From Amoebidium appalachense (Eukaryota; Protista; Ichthyosporea): a stretch of DNA of 64,000 nucleotides. Of the stretch, positions 43,402-64,000 are shown one piece after another (the first letter of the stretch is position 1; each line of letters starts with the position of its first letter). A model generated the notes under the pieces. That model was given only the letters and a program-made list of their open reading frames with translations, made no database searches and had not been told where the DNA came from. Location: positions 1,426,001 through 1,490,000 of the forward strand of contig CAVNZM010000015.1 in assembly GCA_963693365.1 (NCBI GenBank). The letters run 5' to 3'. A program made the translations under genes and the position numbers.

Positions 43402-44041
43402 TTTGAAATGATTCAGGATAAATTCATATGTAGCTGATTTGACGTCTGACTTATAGATTGCCCTCTTTTTTGAAGGGGAGCCCGGATGTGGACCTGGGGC
43501 GTGGGCTTGTAGTGAATCTGAATATATCAGCATTTTTTTGTGTTGAATTTTCTTTAATCATTCCTTCGCGCTTGGTTCGCATATAAAAACACCACCCAAA
43601 TATTTCACAATCTCTTTTTGTTACATTTTTTTTTAAAAGTTATTCTAGCAAAGATCAACCGTGTATCATTTGGAAGTCAGTGGGTTGCCCCTCTTAAAGA
43701 GTCTATTAAAAAAAAATTAATTATAAAGGTGGGAGATTGTAATATTGTAGTCATTAGTCATAGATAGATAGGATGGTGTAGGCAGACTGAGGGGTTTTTT
43801 CCTTTGCACTTCAAGTTGTCAGTTATGTAGTATCATAACAGATAGTGTACTTTTAAATAGGGTGATGGCCTGCAGAACTAATACTAATACTAGGGCCACA
43901 GTGGCACACAGGAAGATCAGGAATAATATACATAAGGATGTGTATTCATGGCGAATGTACTGTATGCATCACGAGCCCAGTGGCACTATCGCCATGCATG
44001 CATTCATCCTTTTATGCGTGTGACACTTGTGTGCCCCTGTG

Positions 44042-44075
<34 letters not shown>

Positions 44076-45892
44076 CCAACCAACCAACCAACAACAACAA
44101 AAACAACAACAACAACAACAACAAAAAAAAAAAAAAAAAAAAAAAAAGCCCACACACCGCACAAGAACCTGCACACACCTAGCTTTTTGAGCACAAATAC
44201 ACATGCGCACCGTAAAGTGAACCTCCACTTGTGGGCATATGATAATAATTGAATTCGAACAAAAACGTGTACGTACGTATACCCAGGGCCCCCGGGACTG
44301 AGCTCGAGTCACAAGGGTGTGTGCAAAAAAACACTGAACGTCTATACGAATATACTTTGGCGTGTGTTTGTGTGTGTTTGTGTGTGTGTGTGCGTGTGTG
44401 CGTGTGTGCGTGTGTGTGCGTGTGCGTGCGTGCGCGTGTGTGTGTGTGTGGCGTCTACGTCATGGTAGACTAGCCGGACATAAATATAGGTCAGCCCGAG
44501 CAGGCTGCCTAAAAAAATCAAGTGCCCAGCCAGAGGCTCGAATATGGGTGCAATAGGTCCATAACCAAGCGCGTACCCAGATCGGCCAAAAGGCATTGCC
44601 TCTGGGGGACATCGACTGCTATATTTTATGACACCTATACCATACCGTACATGGGACGAGTCATCGATCACGGCGTGCCACGCGTGTGACTCCGTGCGAC
44701 GGTGTGCTTGTACAGTGCGCCTGTATGCTTAGCCCATCAAATAAAAGACGCCCTTGTGCCACCCTGCTTGCCTCTGTGTGCTGGTGTTCCATGCCACGTA
44801 CGCGTGCCCATGGGCTGAACTGTCGCACGGACTCTTTGGCGCGCATGCCGCCATACCGCTCACAAGGTTGCATGTGTTTTTTCGGACTTCGCGAATGCCC
44901 GAGAGAGCGAAGGAACGGCACTATCATGCTTACCAATCGGACTTGAGGCTATATATGATATCCAATCAACAGAGGATATATTAGCCTTATTTAGGTTGTG
45001 TGTTTGTATTGGCTGTTATTGAGCCAAGGGTCGGAGGGCTTGTACCTAATCAGGGTTTGAATATTATGTTCACGTGTACATGTCCGACTGGCAACTGTGC
45101 CATAATACCATTCCCACTAGTACAAGCTACTTAACAGTTATATTATATCATGCTTATTACAAAAACTCAAAACTTAAAGTTTCCTAGTGCTATTGTACGT
45201 TCGTAACGTAAGAAAACAATGTGCTAGAGTGGCTCATTTTCGCTCACACAGTCGATTGATATTGGTCATGGGCTGTGAACCGTTGCGCGGCTCAGGTGAG
45301 CTCACAATTACGAGCCCCGAACGTTGTAGCTCAAAAAGCAAAAACAAACGGTTGTGTCGTTGTTTCGGTCGTGAGTTCGCTTTGTTCATGGGTACTGTAA
45401 TCGGACCTACATGTTATGTAAACCCGCCCGAGCCTGCGTTTCTACTGTCTTTGAAACAACCAGTCCTTGGGAAACAAGAAATCAAAGGCAGTGTACACAA
45501 AACCCTTATTTCTTTCAATTACCGCCACTCTCAACGTTGTCATTTTAGTGTTGCAGGAAGAGCCTTTGGCCAGTTATCAAGCTAACATTACTTCAATTGA
45601 TTGAGCACAGACGTAGTATGCGACAGAGAGGAAATTAGTGGTGTTTACCAGACTCTAATATCGTTAATCTTGCAGACAAAATAGAATCACGCTCTAAAGC
45701 CTAGAGCACCATCTTTCTGTTAGTTTGTTTGCAGTTTCCTCATCCCCCCCTCCCCCGTCCCCTTCCCCCTCTCTCACACATACACACGCACACGTGTTGG
45801 CTACAACAACAAGTTTTGCCTGATAATCTCGCTAAACAATCTTTCTACTAAAAATATAACAGACACAATCTTTGCTGTGTGTGCCTATCAAA

Positions 45893-50674
<4,782 letters not shown>

Positions 50675-52529
50675 TGAGGTCCGGGGGGGGGGGGGGGGGA
50701 CGGAAGGGGGAGGGGAGGGGGGAAAGGGAGATGTGTCTGGTTCTTGTGTGTGTTGGTTGAAGAACGATGGCACATATGTTTAAGTGTTCACGTACACACA
50801 CACACACGCACACACACACACACATACACACGCGCACAAGCACACACTCAAGTGTACACGCATACGCACACACACACACACCACAGACTCTCTCTATTCA
50901 TCATCATCTTTCTTCTTCATCTCTCTCTCGCACCATCCGTCCCCCCTCCCCCCCCCCCCCCCCCCCCCCCCCTTCCTTCAGACAGACACCACATTTGACT
51001 GTGAAAGCACACACCACTTACCCACCCGACCCTAAGATTCGAAAGGGTTCGTTTGTACATACTGGGCACATATTTAGCCACGGGTTTTGAGTGTGAATTT
51101 AAATGACGTGTTTTTGTGGACTTGGTGATGCTACGATTAATTGATTCACATAGATAGGCTCCCTCTCTTCGAAGGTTTTTTTTGGAAAATTCAGGATATA
51201 TCTACATGTACATAGTGGCTGTGATATGCCTAAATTCATGAACCCGGTTTTCTCCTCTCCACCTATAAAAAAACAGGCAAAATTAATAGTGTACTTGGGT
51301 ATATGATAGACATACATTGATGTAACGGTGGTGGATAATTATAGTCTGAACTCTATGTTTTCTCCGTTTGACCTCTGGAAGGCTGGCGAAATTTGGGGAT
51401 ATGTAGGATGGGTTTTTATGATGTAGTAGATATGCACCGCAGGGGGCCTGGTGCCTACCGGTGGATATATCGATGTCCTAGATGAGAACTCAGTGAAGAC
51501 CAAAAATAAATACATAAAAATTAAAATAAATACATAAAAATAAAATAAATACATAAAAATGCATTTCTAATTTCAATTGCAATGCTAGCCTCACACATGT
51601 GAACTTCTATTCCATAGGGCCAAATAGTAACAACGTCTGGACCGGGCCGGGAATCGGATAAAATCAAATCTAATAGGCCGATTGGATCCGCAATTCCACT
51701 TGTTGAGCCGTTTGATTGGATCTGCAATTCCACTTTAAAATTGTGCATTGTCACCAATTAAGCTTGGTCAGATGGAAAGCGCGCACACATACCCGCGCGC
51801 GCGCGCGCGCACACACACACACACACACACTAGAAAATTGCCCTCCTGTTCCCCATTTCATAAGAATGAGTGTTGCATGTTGCTATATGAAACAGCCCTA
51901 TGGCCATACTAAGGCAGGGTTCCGCTAAAATAAAGGAAAGAGTACACCTTATACTGTAAATTTATAATAAAAGTACGTATATACTGTAGATAGTGTAAGT
52001 ACGTGTATACTGTAACTAACATTAAACTTTTCGGGCCGGCACTAATTAATTTGGCCGGCAGCCAACCACCTCTAAACAACTCTATTTCGGCTCAAAATTG
52101 ATAGAAAAAGATCAAATAAATTGTGTGTATCGACAAGCATATGTCTTACCAACATCAATTTCTAAATTGGTTCGGGGAAATATCATTATTTCGTATCCTT
52201 TTGTATCTGCTTCTGTGTTTCTGAACACTATCTAGGAAAATTTGCCGGTATGAACAGGATAATGGCTTCGAACACGTTTAGAATCACTGCCTGAGGCTCA
52301 GCCATTCACATCCTCGCTCGCATGTACACAAACATTGCTCAAGCATACAGAGGAAAACTTGAAAGAAAAGCCACGCGGCATGTTTAAAGACTATCCCGTT
52401 AATTCATTACAAACTGCCGCATCTCCAACCACTACCCCGTCATTTCCAAACAAACCGAAACATATCCCACGACTATCTCCTCATTTCCTAACAAACCACC
52501 ACATATCCAACCACCATCCCGCTATCTCG

Positions 52530-56596
<4,067 letters not shown>

Positions 56597-56742
56597 TCTA
56601 TTTTCTATCTTTCGGTACCTACTTTGTCCTGTTTGTAAACCACGTTATCCGACTGTAACAGAACCACTTCTTGTGTTAAGCCTACTGCTTAGTTTATCTT
56701 CTCGTGGGCAAAAAAAAACAAAAACGGGTGGCTCAGTTGGTG

Positions 56743-56805
56743 TGACGTCATCAGAGCATATGCCCATTTGATTAGTCAAAAATGCACCATACATTTATGA
56801 TTGGC
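56743..56805 (-). promoter_or_regulatory. Probable promoter of the R3H gene (CRE + CCAAT)
   Basis: TGACGTCA at 56743-56750 and GATTGGCT (AGCCAATC on the minus strand) at ~56799-56806, 150-200 bp upstream of the ATG at 56596. Confidence 0.5.
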
Positions 56806-56867
56806 TAAAACTGCACCATGCTGCCAGCCTATGCTTCAGCATTGTTTTGGTGGGTGGGGGTGGGCCG

Positions 56868-56912
<45 letters not shown>

Positions 56913-57851
56913 TGCATGCATGTTCAGACACACAAAACACACACACACATACACGACGTGCGTGTGTGCCGCGCCCCCAGACACCACCTGCACACACAAT
57001 ACAAGCATATGCACACACACACACGCACACATGGTACACACACACACACACACACACACAGCACACAACAACACGTACGTACACAACCACATTGTATACA
57101 TTCACCATGCATTGCATGCGAGTTTTCGCCTAACGACTGACTTGGTGTCTTTATTTATTTTTTATTTTCGTCACGCCACGGAAATTGCCTCTGTTGCTAA
57201 GTAAGCTTTAAACTATGTTCAGACGTGCATGACTGGAACATGCCCACAAAAAGTGGAAACCCCCCCCCCCCCCCCCCCCCCCCCCCGGGGCTAGTTGAGA
57301 CATATGCATGAAATTTCAGCTTATCTGGTTCCGTCTTCAATACTTATTTGATTCCCCCCGCCCTCCCGGCCCTCCCCCCTTCCCCCATAAAAGATAAAAT
57401 AAAAAAATACAAAAAAAATGAACGAAACAAGCATCAACGTGTATAGTACACACCAAAACAGCAACAGCATGTGAAACCCCCCTCCCCTCTCCCCCCTTCC
57501 CCTACCCAAATTTTTTGCTAGTGTGTATATGTATGAATTATGTGCTACTTTTTTTGTCTAGATCTGCCCATGTAGATACGTGCCGTCCTGTATCAGCCCA
57601 CCTACATGCACCACCCAATCATAGCTCACCCCCAAAGTCCACCCACCCACATCCTAGACGCGTTTATACAACTCTCCTTCATCTTCTAGTCACACACAAC
57701 CACAACCTACCAATCTATGCACCACACAAGTCCCCCCCCCCCCCCCCCCCCCCCCCTCCCCCCCCCCCCCCCCCCCCCCCCCCCCAAACACACACGCCTA
57801 TACGATTTCTGATTTTCACCAAATTTCACAACATTTCAACGATCTATGTTT

Positions 57852-63275
<5,424 letters not shown>

Positions 63276-64000
63276 CTGTGGGGATTATATGTTAAATTTT
63301 ACCAGATTTCAAACAAAAGGAATAAGGCTAACGACTAGTGGAAGGAGGTGTAGCGCTTGAGGTACTCGCGGTACGCCTTGCGCCCTATAATACGTTAAAA
63401 TTTGAAGTCATTTTATCAAACATATGGTAAATACTAGTGGTAGCACGTGTAGCGGTTGAGGTACTCACGGTACGCCTTGCGCCCTATGGGGATGTTATAT
63501 TATTTAACATAGTTTAAAACTTGAGATTGAACAAATGGATTAATGATTGTGCGTGTAGGGGTTGAGGTACTCGCAGTACGCCTTGCACCCTATGGGAAAT
63601 GAGGTTATAATTTAACATAGATTAAAAATTAAGATTAAACAAATAGATTAATGATAGTGCGTGTGGTGGTTTAGGTACTCGCGGCACGCCTTGCTGCCTA
63701 TGGAAACTTCCGGTAATATTTAATACCAGATTTATATCAACGAATAAGTTAAAAAAAATCGGTAAAGAATAAGCCAACAATAAGTGGAAGGAGGTGTAGC
63801 GGTTAAGGTACGCACGATTCGACTGGCGCCCTCTGGGGAAAATAGGTTAAAAATTAACCAGTTTTAAATAAAAATATAAGCTAACGATTAGTGGTGGGAA
63901 GTGTGGCGGTTGAAGTACTCACAAAAAAACACTTGGCCGAGTTCCAATCCTTTCACCGTGCACCCAGAAGCAAAATCAGAAACCACACAGGGGAGAAGCG

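Noticed and set aside
51099-51757. Short minus-strand ORFs in an AT-rich island
   Set aside because: No recognisable motif and no consistent splice model; includes a simple ~19-bp tandem repeat at ~51503-51560.
51916-52062. hAT-like terminus CAGGGTTCC with GGCCGGCA repeats
   Set aside because: No matching second terminus or TSD found in the window.

Overview
Intron-rich eukaryotic nuclear DNA. The gene content (FAM193-like, R3HCC1-like, class C GPCR, AMPK gamma) points to a holozoan, plausibly a unicellular relative of animals such as an ichthyosporean; this is inference only. Introns and intergenic DNA are saturated with (CA)n/(GT)n, (GA)n/(CT)n and poly-C/poly-G tracts, so almost all long ORFs in the six-frame track are microsatellite artefacts. 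Manual GT-AG splicing recovers seven genes: an FAD-dependent oxidoreductase, a cytochrome P450, a FAM193 homolog, a putative GPI-anchored surface protein, an unknown myristoylated and tail-anchored protein, an R3HCC1-like protein and the 3' part of AMPK gamma. The first 8 kb holds a decayed class C GPCR and another fragmentary gene. Three unexplained signals stand out. (1) A dispersed, modular element (about 11 copies) with a ~170-nt rod-like hairpin head showing G-U pairs and a compensatory change; every copy inside an intact gene lies on the transcribed strand. (2) A ~105-bp-period array of duplicated splice-acceptor/exon-start cores in the AMPK gamma intron, mirrored by duplicated donor sites further down the gene. 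(3) Introns whose acceptors lack polypyrimidine tracts, ending in (CA)n-CAG or poly-A-CAG, and whose halves often carry complementary microsatellites.
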